DNA of 64,000 nt from Alkalispirochaeta sp. (lineage in GTDB: Bacteria > Spirochaetota > Spirochaetia > DSM-27196 > Alkalispirochaetaceae). Below the pieces are notes generated by a model that did not search any database, was not told the origin of the DNA, and saw only the letters and a list, made by a program, of their open reading frames with translations. The position numbers were made by a program, and so were the translations under genes. The DNA lies in contig CBDESZ010000005.1 of NCBI GenBank assembly GCA_965242725.1, positions 1 to 64,000 of the forward strand, in the 5' to 3' direction. Positions 19,143-29,061 of this stretch are shown piece after piece. Each line of letters opens with the position of its first letter. Positions within the stretch are counted from its first letter, which is position 1.

Positions 19143-19183
19143 TGGACAGCGCCTCGCGGTCGGTATATGATCGACGTGCACCC

Positions 19184-20416
19184 ATGGCTCACGACGCAGA
19201 GAAACTTAAGAGTATAATCACCCTTGACTCGCAACTCAACAAGATCCAGGACGTCGATATCCTTCTGGAACGGATACTCGGAGAGGCGAGAAATGTGGCG
19301 CGAGCAGACGCAGGCTCGATCTATGTCGTGAACGACGGTGAACTCGTCATTAACTACGCCCAGAACGATACGAAGCAGCGAGAACTTCCCTCGGGGCAGA
19401 AACTGATTTATCGCGTCTTCCGGGTGCCCCTCGATGCGGGCACAATTTCCGGGTACGCCGCAACGACGGGCGAGCCGGTCAACATCCCGGATGTGTATGA
19501 AATCCCTGAAAGCGCGCCCTACGGATTCGATCCGTCCTACGATACCATATCCGGATATCGCAGTTGCTCAATGCTCGCCATTCCGCTGAAGACAAATACC
19601 GGCGAGATCCTCGGGGTCATTCAAATGATCAACAAGCTCGACGAGGCGGGCAGGGTGATACCCTTCGATCGCGATGACGAACTGATGGTCATGCATTTCG
19701 CCGCCAACGCCACCGTTGCCCTGCAGCGCGCCCAGATGACGAGGGATATCCTCCTGCGGATGATACGAATGGCGGAGCTCCGGGACCCCAAGGAGACGGG
19801 CCCTCACGTCAACCGTGTTGCCGGTTACTCAGTCGAGTTGTATGAGGCGTGGGCGCGGCAGACCGGAGAGCACGCCGATACGATTGAAAAGAACAGGGAC
19901 AATCTCCGTATGGCGGCGATGCTCCATGATGTGGGGAAGGTGGCCATCTCGGATACCATTCTGAAGAAGCCCGGTCACTACGACGAGGACGAGTATGAGG
20001 TGATGAAGACGCATACCTGGCAGGGGGCGCGGCTCTTTACCCACAGACAATCGGAGTTTGACCGGATGGCGCAGATCGTGGCACTGAATCACCACGAAAA
20101 CTGGGACGGATCGGGTTATCCCGGCCGTATTGATATTGAAAACGGCGCCCCCCTTGAGGCGAACAACGACGGAAAAGCGATCGGCAAGCGGGGAGAGGAG
20201 ATTCCCCTTTTCGGCAGAATTGTCGCCATCGCCGACGTCTATGACGCTCTTCTCTCAAAACGCGTCTACAAGGAGGCGTGGACCGAGGAGGACGCCCTAG
20301 AAGAGATGCGCCGCCTCGGGGGAACCAAGTTTGATCCCGACCTCATCGACCTCTTCTTTGAGATACTGCCGAGTATCCGCACGGTGACTGAAAAGTACGG
20401 CCGCTCCGCGGATTGA
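19184..20416 (+). CDS. GAF + HD-GYP c-di-GMP phosphodiesterase
   Basis: RDPKETGPHVNRV, LHDVGK, HHENWDGSGYP, RIVAIADVYDAL. Confidence 0.92.
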   Translation: MAHDAEKLKSIITLDSQLNKIQDVDILLERILGEARNVARADAGSIYVVNDGELVINYAQNDTKQRELPSGQKLIYRVFRVPLDAGTISGYAATTGEPVNIPDVYEIPESAPYGFDPSYDTISGYRSCSMLAIPLKTNTGEILGVIQMINKLDEAGRVIPFDRDDELMVMHFAANATVALQRAQMTRDILLRMIRMAELRDPKETGPHVNRVAGYSVELYEAWARQTGEHADTIEKNRDNLRMAAMLHDVGKVAISDTILKKPGHYDEDEYEVMKTHTWQGARLFTHRQSEFDRMAQIVALNHHENWDGSGYPGRIDIENGAPLEANNDGKAIGKRGEEIPLFGRIVAIADVYDALLSKRVYKEAWTEEDALEEMRRLGGTKFDPDLIDLFFEILPSIRTVTEKYGRSAD

Positions 20417-20473
20417 TCTACCGACGTACCGCGCCGCCCGGCTTTGCCTGCTTTGTTATCTCCCCCTCGCGCG

Positions 20474-22145
20474 TTACCGCACCTGCATCAGCGCCTGTGA
20501 AATGACCAGCGAAAAATCACCGATGTGCTCAATGTGGCGGAGGATGTCGAGGTAGAACATTTCCGTCTTCACCGCCGAACCGGTACGCATCCGTTTCTGC
20601 GTCGCCTTTTTGTATCGCTTCTGATAGGCGTTTATCTTTGCCTCCATCTCCTGGGCGAGGCGAAACTCGTCCTCGCTGAGATGGCCCTGGAGGTGCTGCG
20701 AGTTAAAGACGAGGAACTCCGTTACCATCTCCGCGTAAGGTTGAATGTCGTCGATCAGCGATGCATCTATCTTGATGTCCTTGTCGTACTTCTTCTCCGC
20801 CAGCCTGATGAGCTTGTTGCTCGTATCGGCGATGCTCTCAAGCTGGGCGCTGATTCTGACCATGCCGTTGATGTTTGCCGCCGTCTGCTCGCTGATCGCC
20901 TCGCGTGAACACTCGACGAGGAAAGTGGTGATCTCCTCATGCATCGTCTCCACCAGGACCAGGAGATCCCCGAACCGCTTCCGCTGCTGTCGCGTCTCCT
21001 TGTCGGGATGGTGGAAGAGCTCAAGGAAGTAGGAAAAGAGAGCCTGCACGTGGTCGGCCATGCGGGCAAGCTCGTTCCGCGCGGTGAGAAGGTTGAGTTC
21101 CACGGCGTCCTGAAAACCGCTGCGGACGTAATGGAGCCGGTACTCCTTCGGGTCGGTGACCTCGTCGTCCTTCACCATACGTCGAACCAGCATCTCCAGC
21201 TGGGGTACAAACCCGAGACAGAGAATCGTATTGGTCACGTTGAAAAGGGTATGGAACATCGCAAGGTGGGAGGCGATATCGTTGCGGTCGGAGATACTGC
21301 CGGGGACGATCGCGTCCACGCCGCTGAGAAAGAGACGAAAGACGAGCAGCATCCACGCGACCCCTATGAGATTGAAGAGCAGGTGCGCCCGGGCGGCACG
21401 TTTTGCGTTGGCGCCGGAGTTCAGCGACGCCAGATATGCCGTCATGGTGGTGCCGATGTTTTCTCCGAGGACGATCGCGGCGGCGGTGGGATAATCGATC
21501 CCAACCCGAATAGGTCATGGTGAGGGTGATGGCCATGGCCGCGCTGGATGACTGGACGACGACGGTCAGGGTGGCGGCCGACGGCTATAAAAATGATTAC
21601 CGAGAGAAAACCGAGGTCGGTGTACCTGGCGAGGAACTCCAGGATCTCGGGATTGTTTCTGATGTCCGGCACCGCATCCTTCAGAAGTCCCAGACCGAGA
21701 AAGAGCATACCAAACCCGATCAGCGCGTGGGCGATGTCGTCCCTGTCGATCGATTTGATAAGGAGCATCGCCGTTCCCACGGCGATTGCCGGAAGTGCCG
21801 CGGAACTCATGCTGAATTTGAATCCAAGGAGGGCGATGATCCACGCCGTTACGGGTGGTACCGATATTTGCCCCCATGATCACCCCGATCGCCTGTCGAA
21901 GGGTGAGGAGGGCGGCGTCCACAAAACCGACGACCATGACCGTCGTCGCGGAGGAGGACTGCACCACGGTGGTTATGAGAAATCCCGATGCCACGCCGGC
22001 GACGCGATTGGAGGTCATGTAGCCCAGAATATTCTGGAGCCTGCTCCCCGCCGCCTGCCGCAGCCCCTCGCTCATGAGGCGCATGCCGAATAAAAAGACG
22101 CCGAGGCTTCCAAAAATCGTTTAGGAGTGTAAAAATGACGGTCAT
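20474..22145 (-). pseudogene. Na/Pi cotransporter with PhoU-like C-terminus; several frameshifts (probably assembly error)
   Basis: VQSSSATTVMVVGFV, IMGANIGTT and NTKRAA-like motifs spread over three or more frames. Confidence 0.75.
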
Positions 22146-22159
22146 TGTGTTCCTCCATC

Positions 22160-24030
22160 GGCGGAATTGCCGGGGAATGGATATTGTGAAAATGCTGCCT
22201 GCTCCTGCATTGGCGGATACCCCTACGGTTCCGCCGTGCATTCTGACGATGTGTCGGACGATGGCAAGGCCGAGACCGGTACCCGCCGGTGGCACGGGCT
22301 TCGTCCGCGGTCGATGCGGTAAAAGCGTTCAAATATGCGTTCCCGCTCCTCCTCCGGGATGCCCGGTCCGGAATCGGAAACGGTGACGACCAGCGTGCCC
22401 GAGGTGGTATCCGCGTCTACGACAACGGGACCGTGTGATCCGCCGTAGCGGAGTGCGTTTTCCACGAGATTGGTGACCGCCAGCGTGAAGAGAGCGGGTT
22501 GGACGGGCCACCATACACCCGGCTGCGCGGTGATCTGCACGGCACCGGGACCTCCGTCGTGGCCGATCTCCTCCTGCGGCGACCGCATCGACGACGGCCT
22601 TCAGAATCGCGGTGATATCGGTCGGGGTGACCTGCACGTCATCTTCCATTTGCTCAATCCGGGCGAGATTCAGCAGGTCTTCCACGATTGCCGGTCATCC
22701 GTGCGGCATGGTCGGCGATCATCCGTTCAAACCGGCGTCGTTCCTCGCCCTCCTGCGGCGGAATTTCAGCCAGCGTTTCAATGGCTCCCTGAATCATCGT
22801 CAGGGGAGTCTTGAGCTCATGGGAGACGTTTGCCACAAAATCCCTGCGTATCCGGTTGACCCGATACTGGGGAGTCATGTCCCGCAGGACCACTATCGTC
22901 TGCCCCGGAGGAGGCTCGTCTCCGACATGAGGTGGCGGCCCCAGACGTTGAGGTGGCGCTCGACGGGGTTGGTGAAGGTGATGTGAGTCTCTTCAACGGT
23001 TCGTCCCTCCTGTATGTCCCGGACAAACTCATCGAGCTCGGTATTCGGAGTACATCCATGAGCAGCCGTCCTGAAGCCGCCGCAGGGCTCATCGTGACGA
23101 AGAGCGCCGCCGCGTCGTTCAGGCGCTGAATCCGCCGGTGATCGTCTACAAGGAAGAGAGGATCCCTGATCGTGTTGAGGACCTCCTCGGTTATCGCGCC
23201 GCTGGTCGTCGAGCTGACGGATCCGCCGCTTCAGCTCCCGCGCCATTGTGCCGAAGGTGACCGCCAGGTCGGTCAATTCCCGCGGTCCCGACGCGGCCAC
23301 GCCGTGGTCCATGTTACCCGCCGTAAAGGCGACGGCGGCGCGGTGGAGGCGCCGGATCGGCAGCCTGATGGATCGGGAAAAGGCGATGCCGCCGCCAGCG
23401 CCGCCGCAAGGAGGAGCACCCCCGGGGTGATGAGGCGGCGATAGAGGTCGTTCAGGAGCGCGTGAATGTCGGTAATGACGTAGGATGCACGTACCACGCC
23501 GACGACATCCGGTGACGATTGGTCGTCACCACCCCGCGCCGTGACAGGGATGGCCGCGTAAATGAGGAGCTCGTTCAGCGTGGCGCTGCGTCGCATGCTT
23601 TCCCCTTCATGGCCGGCAAGGGCGCGACGGACTTCCTCGCGCCCGGCGTGGTTGTCATCTCCCCTTCATCGGCGTGGGAGTCGCCCTACAACACGTCCCG
23701 TTGCATCGATGAGGGTGATGCGGAAGAGGGGTGCCCGCCGCAAGGGTTGACGCGAGGCGGGCCGGGTCACCCTGGGCCGGCGGGGAGGTTTCAACCGGCG
23801 AGGCGGGTGGTTCCCGCCTCCAGAGGTAAAGAGCTCCGGCGCAACGAAGTTCTTCATAACCCGACGATGGACAGCAGATTACGACGATGAGTCTCGTAGA
23901 CTGCATCACGCAGCACCCCTACGGATACGGTGGTGACCGAAAGGAGGGTGAAAATGATAATGACCGGGTAGAATATGTAGTGGTAAACGATTGGGTAGCC
24001 GCCGTTGCGACCCGCGCTTCTCCCGTTCAC
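22160..24030 (-). pseudogene. PhoR-like sensor histidine kinase; heavily frameshifted, ends approximate
   Basis: RRDFVANVSHELKTPLT, NLVENALRY, VSDSGPGIP..ERIFERFYR, GTGLGLAIVRHI in different frames. Confidence 0.75.
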
Positions 24031-24046
24031 CCCTCTGTTCCCTCGT

Positions 24047-24558
24047 TTAATCGCGGACGCGGACGCAGAGGATCTCGCCGTAGTACATGCGATGGTAGTC
24101 GTCGTTGTAGAGGTTGTCCAGGGAGGGATCTACCATGTGACGGGGATCGATATCGTCGGAATAGATCGTCCTGCACTCAATGGTGAGAATAGACTCTTCA
24201 TATGACGGGGCGGCAACCACCTGGGACGGGATCGGTGTGAGACCGGTCCGTCCGAGCTTGTCGCCGTCACGTCCCGACGTGCTCCCCAGCAACTGCAGGT
24301 CCTTGCGGTATACACCGGGAAGGGCGGTCAGCGTCCACGTATCGTACCTCTCCATGAACGAGAGCGTGTGTCTGGTGGAACGCACGGGCGCAATGGCGAC
24401 GGGCATGCGCCACATGGCGCCGATGAACCCCCAGGCGACGGTCATCATGTTGTAGTCACCGTGATCCTGGGTGAACTCTCCCGCGGTGAGGAGCATCCAG
24501 TCGTCCAGAGCTGCCGGATCGGGGCAAGGTGAAGTTCTCGGGGATCGATTGTTTTCAT
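24047..24558 (-). CDS. Flavin reductase-like protein; 5' end frameshifted
   Basis: DWMLLTAG, NMMTVAWG, STSGRDGDK, YHRMYYGEI; RBS + ATG at 24558 lie in another frame. Confidence 0.8.
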
Positions 24559-24654
24559 TGTACTCCGCCCATTGTATCGAATGTCCATTCACCGGAAAAG
24601 GGGTTTTACAAATGTATATTCCGCTCCCGACGGCGCAGCGTGGTACAATGGGCT

Positions 24655-25900
24655 ATGAAAATTCTCATTGGCAGATAAGTTTCCGGAAGAGCAGCAGGCA
24701 GCGCTGCGGAACGCCGGATGTACGGTGGTCAACGAGGCTGGGGTTGAAAGGCGACGCGCTCTCCGAGGCGATTCGCGTCAGTCAACCGGATATTCTTATC
24801 GTGCGATCGACGAAGGTGCCGAAGAGGCGATTGCGGCCTATCCGGGGCTCAGCCTCATCGTGAGGGCGGGGGCGGGATATGACACGATCGACGTGGATGC
24901 CGCGTCCCGGCGGAGCGTCTATGTGGCAAATTGTCCCGGGATGAACTCCGTTGCGGTGGCGGAACTCGCCTTCGGCCTGATCCTCAGCCTTGACCGGCGG
25001 ATCCCCGACAACGTGGCGGATCTCAGAGAGGGAAGATGGAACAAGGGGGAATACTCAAAAGCGGACGGCATCTACGGCAAGACCCTCGGAATTATCGGCC
25101 TGGGCCGTATCGGACGGGAACTGGCCGCCCGGGCGCGCGCCTTTGGTATGGATGTGGTGGCGTGGAGCCGGTCTCTGAGCGCCGACAATCCCGACGTGGC
25201 CGCACGGGAAGCTGCGATGGCGGCCGCCGCGGCGGAGGGAATTACGCCGCTGGACTCCCCCACGGCCGTCGCCGCGGCGGCGGATGTGGTGAGCCTCCAC
25301 GTCGCTTCCACACCTGAGGACGCGGGGCATTGCGGGCACCGCCTTCTTTGCCGCCATGAAGCGGGGCGCCTGCTTTATCAATACCTCCCGGGCCGAGACT
25401 GTTGATGAGGGGGCCCTTCGCACTGCCGTGAAGGAGAAGGGCATCCGTGCGGCCCTGGACGTCTTTTCCGCGGAACCCGCAGGCAAGGACGGCGCCGTCG
25501 AGGGTGATCTCTTTTCTCTGCCCGGCGTATACGGGACGCATCACATCGGCGCCTCCACCGAGCAGGCGCAGTCCGCGGTGGCTTCCGAGACGGTACGCAT
25601 CATTCTGAGTTACCTTTCCACCGGACACGTCCCGAATGTGGTGAACCGAATGGAGAAAACTCCCGCGCGGTATCTCGTCTCCGTTCACCACCGGAACCGT
25701 GTCGGAGTCCTCGCGTCGGTGCTGCATGTCATCAAGGAACACGGCATCAACGTGGACGGCATGGAGAACGTTCTCTTTCACGGTGGTGAAGGGGCGTGCG
25801 CCAATATCCAGACGAGGCGGCCCTCTCACCGGAGGCATTGGACGCGATCACCGCGGCGCACGCGGACATTTTTTCCGCCACGATGCATGAAATACCCTGA
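24655..25900 (+). pseudogene. serA: D-3-phosphoglycerate / 2-hydroxyacid dehydrogenase with ACT domain; frameshifted
   Basis: RAGAGYDTID, NSVAVAEL, GIIGLGRIG, INTSR, ALDVF, HIGASTEQAQ, HRNRVGVLA. Confidence 0.72.
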
Positions 25901-25959
25901 CGAACGCGGCGATTTGACGGCTCATCGACCTCTTACTACTTTGAAAAGAGGAGTTGAGT

Positions 25960-26283
25960 ATGTCGAAGACGATCGATTTGGAAACACTGAAGGCCAAGAT
26001 TGATGGAAATGAAGATTTTTACCTCGTCGAGACGCTCCTGCCGCGGGAATACGATGAGTGGCACCTGCCGGGTGCGATAAATATTCACTTCAACAAGATG
26101 GGCAAGGAGGCGAAGGAACGCTTCAATGAAGACGACGAAATCGTCGTCTACTGTCATGATGAAGAGTGTCGCGCCAGTACCATTGCCGCCGAAAAGCTGG
26201 ACAAGATGGGTTTTTCAAATGTCTATGAGTTTGCCGGCGGGAAGAGAGCGTGGAAAAATGCGGGGTACCCGACGGAGTCGTGA
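25960..26283 (+). CDS. Rhodanese-like protein
   Basis: HLPGAINI, IVVYC, GFSNV..FAGGKRAW. Confidence 0.9.
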   Translation: MSKTIDLETLKAKIDGNEDFYLVETLLPREYDEWHLPGAINIHFNKMGKEAKERFNEDDEIVVYCHDEECRASTIAAEKLDKMGFSNVYEFAGGKRAWKNAGYPTES

Positions 26284-26351
26284 TGCGCAGGCGGGAACTG
26301 CCCGGCGGCGGGTCGCCCCGGGCGAGTCGCCCCTGTGGTTCCGCCCATAAA

Positions 26352-26984
26352 TCAGCGATCCACCAGTTTCCGGAAAAACCCCTTCTTTCGGTAGCCCTCT
26401 TCAACGATTGTGACGTCTCCGATGACGGCAAATCCCTCAAGGACGCACAGGCCGCGGGTCCCGTCAACCCTGCTGTCCTCGTTTCGCCGCACCTCCACGT
26501 CACCGAGGACGTTTATCATCCTGTTTTTTACACGCATGCCCCGGGGAATGACGATCGTGGTGTCACCGATAACGCTGTAGACGGCAATGGTGAACGGCGG
26601 TGACGAAGGGGGCGCACTTTCCAGGTGGACCTTCACGTCACCGATGAGCGCGACGGTACGCACCCGTTGTCCCGCAAAATCCTCATGGCTCAACGTGTGG
26701 TCACCGATGACGGCGATCTTCGTCTCCGTATGGGCGTCCGCGGCGGGCAGATACTCGGAAGAAGAGATTTCGGGCTCCCTGCCGATAGCCCGGCGGTAGT
26801 CGGGAAAATCGTGGATGACCTTTTCCAGCTCCTCGACCGTCTCGGCACGGTTGGCGAGCTCCACCCGTGACTCATAGTCTTCCAGGTCGATCTGTCCCTC
26901 CGCATAGGCCTGGACGAGGAGTTCTATGACGGCGTCCCGTCGTCCCGGCAGCCCGTATCGTTGTCCGTGTTCCTGCGGGTCCAT
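26352..26984 (-). CDS. DUF1707/SHOCT-like + LiaF-like beta-domain protein
   Basis: RDAVIELL..AYAEGQIDLEDYESRVE; repeated (V/L)IGD beta motifs. Confidence 0.75.
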   Translation of the reverse strand: MDPQEHGQRYGLPGRRDAVIELLVQAYAEGQIDLEDYESRVELANRAETVEELEKVIHDFPDYRRAIGREPEISSSEYLPAADAHTETKIAVIGDHTLSHEDFAGQRVRTVALIGDVKVHLESAPPSSPPFTIAVYSVIGDTTIVIPRGMRVKNRMINVLGDVEVRRNEDSRVDGTRGLCVLEGFAVIGDVTIVEEGYRKKGFFRKLVDR

Positions 26985-27104
26985 AGTCGACTATGATAAG
27001 CCCGATTGTCGCGCTGTCAATATCGCGGTCGCGCCCGCGGGTGGGGGTGGAAGAGCCGGCCCGGGATTTGCCCGCCGGCAGCTCGAAATGAGTATATTCT
27101 GCCT

Positions 27105-27569
27105 ATGATTGAACACGGACAACAGGCACCGGATTTCACCCTGCCCGATCAGAAGGGTGAACATCATCGTTTGTCGGATCACCGCGGCAAGGCGGTGGTG
27201 GTTTATTTTTATCCCAGGGATGACACGCCGGGATGTACAAAGGAAGCGTGCAGCTTTCGCGATCACCGACAGGCGCTCTACGACGCCGGTGTTACCGTTT
27301 TCGGTATCAGCGGGGACTCGGTGGAAAGTCATCGCGACTTTGCGGAGAAACACAATCTTTCCTTTCCAATTCTCTCCGACCCCACGCTGGAGACGATCAA
27401 GGCGTACGGGGCGTGGGGGGTGAAGAATTTGTACGGGAAAAAATCGGAAGGAATTCTGCGGTATACCTTTCTCATAGACAGGGACGGCGCGGTTGCAAAG
27501 GTGTTTAAACGTCCCAAGACGGATATTCACGCCCGGGAGGTTCTGGAATCCCTGGGGGCGCTTCAGTAA
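27105..27569 (+). CDS. bcp: Peroxiredoxin Bcp
   Basis: YFYPRDDTPGCTKEACSFRD. Confidence 0.95.
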   Translation: MIEHGQQAPDFTLPDQKGEHHRLSDHRGKAVVVYFYPRDDTPGCTKEACSFRDHRQALYDAGVTVFGISGDSVESHRDFAEKHNLSFPILSDPTLETIKAYGAWGVKNLYGKKSEGILRYTFLIDRDGAVAKVFKRPKTDIHAREVLESLGALQ

Positions 27570-27570
27570 C

Positions 27571-28422
27571 GTGTCACTTCCCGCCCCCCTTTTGGATGAG
27601 TTGCTCCGGCATCTTCGGGACCGGACGGCAACGGTGCTGTCCGGCGCCGGATTGAGTACCGATTCGGGTATTCCCGATTATCGCGGTCCCCAGGGGGCGT
27701 TGAAGAAGCGCAGCCCCGTCACATACAGCGAGTTTCTCCGCTCTGAAGATGACCGCCGGCGATACTGGGCGCGCAGCTTCATCGGCTGGCCCTACATGAA
27801 CGCCCGACAGCCCAACGACGGACATTACCTCGTCACCGCCCTCCAGGAAGCGGGTGCGATCGATCACATCATCACGCAGAATGTTGACGGCCTCCATCAG
27901 CGGGCGGGAAGCCGGAAGGTGCTGGAACTGCATGGCGCAATGGGACGGGTCATCTGTCTCAACTGCGGTACGCGACAGGATCGGGAGGAGTTTCAGCGCG
28001 ACCTTGCCCGGGACAATCCGGGATGGCCGGCGCGCTACGGCGATGGGTCCACCTCATCAGCTGAACCGGCACCCGATGGAGATGCCGAGCTTCTCCGGAA
28101 CGTGACCGAGTCCTTCACCGTTCCGGGTTGTCCCGCATGCGGTGGTGTCATGAAGCCTGATGTCGTCTTCTTCGGTGAAAGCGTTCCACGGGAGCGCGTC
28201 GCCGACGCCTTCCGCGCAGTGGATCGGGGCGATCTCCTCCTCGTCCTCGGGTCGTCCCTCACCGTCTATTCGGGATTTCGCTTTGCCGATCACGCCGTGC
28301 GCAACGGCAAGGCCCTTGTGATCATCAATCGCGGGCCGACCCGGGCGGACAGGCTGGCGACGATGAAGGTCGATGCTCCCCTTTCTTCGACGCTTTCCGA
28401 AATTGCCTCCAAAATTAGATAA
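27571..28422 (+). CDS. NAD-dependent deacylase, class II (SIRT4-like) sirtuin
   Basis: GAGLSTDSGIPDYRG, RRRYWARS..GWP, TQNVDGLHQ, PDGDA, KPDVVFFGE. Confidence 0.9.
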   Translation: MSLPAPLLDELLRHLRDRTATVLSGAGLSTDSGIPDYRGPQGALKKRSPVTYSEFLRSEDDRRRYWARSFIGWPYMNARQPNDGHYLVTALQEAGAIDHIITQNVDGLHQRAGSRKVLELHGAMGRVICLNCGTRQDREEFQRDLARDNPGWPARYGDGSTSSAEPAPDGDAELLRNVTESFTVPGCPACGGVMKPDVVFFGESVPRERVADAFRAVDRGDLLLVLGSSLTVYSGFRFADHAVRNGKALVIINRGPTRADRLATMKVDAPLSSTLSEIASKIR

Positions 28423-28437
28423 ATCGATATCGATATT

Positions 28438-28466
28438 TTGACATACGAATGAACCGGGCGTAAGAT
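28438..28466 (+). promoter_or_regulatory. Sigma-70 promoter of the hydrogenase operon
   Basis: TTGACA-17-TAAGAT, preceded by palindrome ATCGATATCGAT (28423-28434). Confidence 0.75.
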
Positions 28467-28545
28467 GGATGGTATAGGCCGACTCCATCGTTGAGCTTCC
28501 GGTTTCCGCACCTGAATCGGCACATCTCTCGTGAAGGAGTTGAGA

Positions 28546-29061
28546 ATGGCCGGTACGGTACAGGACCTCCCGTCGACGGAAGAAATCGTTGAGATCACCG
28601 TCTCCATCATCGACGCGCACCGCAGTGAGCCTGGTGCACTCATCCCCACATTGCAGCGGGTTCAGCAGAAGTTCGGCTACCTGCCCACCGTCGCGCTCTA
28701 TACAATCGCCAGGGAACTTGAGATTCCCTACAGCGAGGTGACGGGAGTCCTCACCTTCTACTCCTATTTCACGACGGTGCCGCGGGGGCGCCACGTCGTT
28801 CGCGCCTGCCTGGGGACTGCGTGTTACGTCAGGGGCGGCAAGGCGGTCGTCGAGGCGGCGTCGTCCGAGCTGGGTATCGAGGTGGGTCATACCACCGAGG
28901 ACCGTCAGTTTTCCCTGGAAACGGGACGCTGTTTCGGTGCCTGTGGACTCGCACCGGTGGTAATGGTCGACGACACCGTCTTTCAGCGGATTACACCGGC
29001 CAGGGTGTCTGAGATTCTGACGCGGTATCACCACACCGCTGACGAGGAGGTGACGGAATGA
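28546..29061 (+). CDS. hydC: NuoE-like [2Fe-2S] hydrogenase subunit
   Basis: CLGTACYVRG, RCFGACGLAPV. Confidence 0.9.
   Translation: MAGTVQDLPSTEEIVEITVSIIDAHRSEPGALIPTLQRVQQKFGYLPTVALYTIARELEIPYSEVTGVLTFYSYFTTVPRGRHVVRACLGTACYVRGGKAVVEAASSELGIEVGHTTEDRQFSLETGRCFGACGLAPVVMVDDTVFQRITPARVSEILTRYHHTADEEVTE

Noticed and set aside
21440..25900. Programmed frameshifting
   Set aside because: Too many shifts in unrelated genes and no consistent slippery motif
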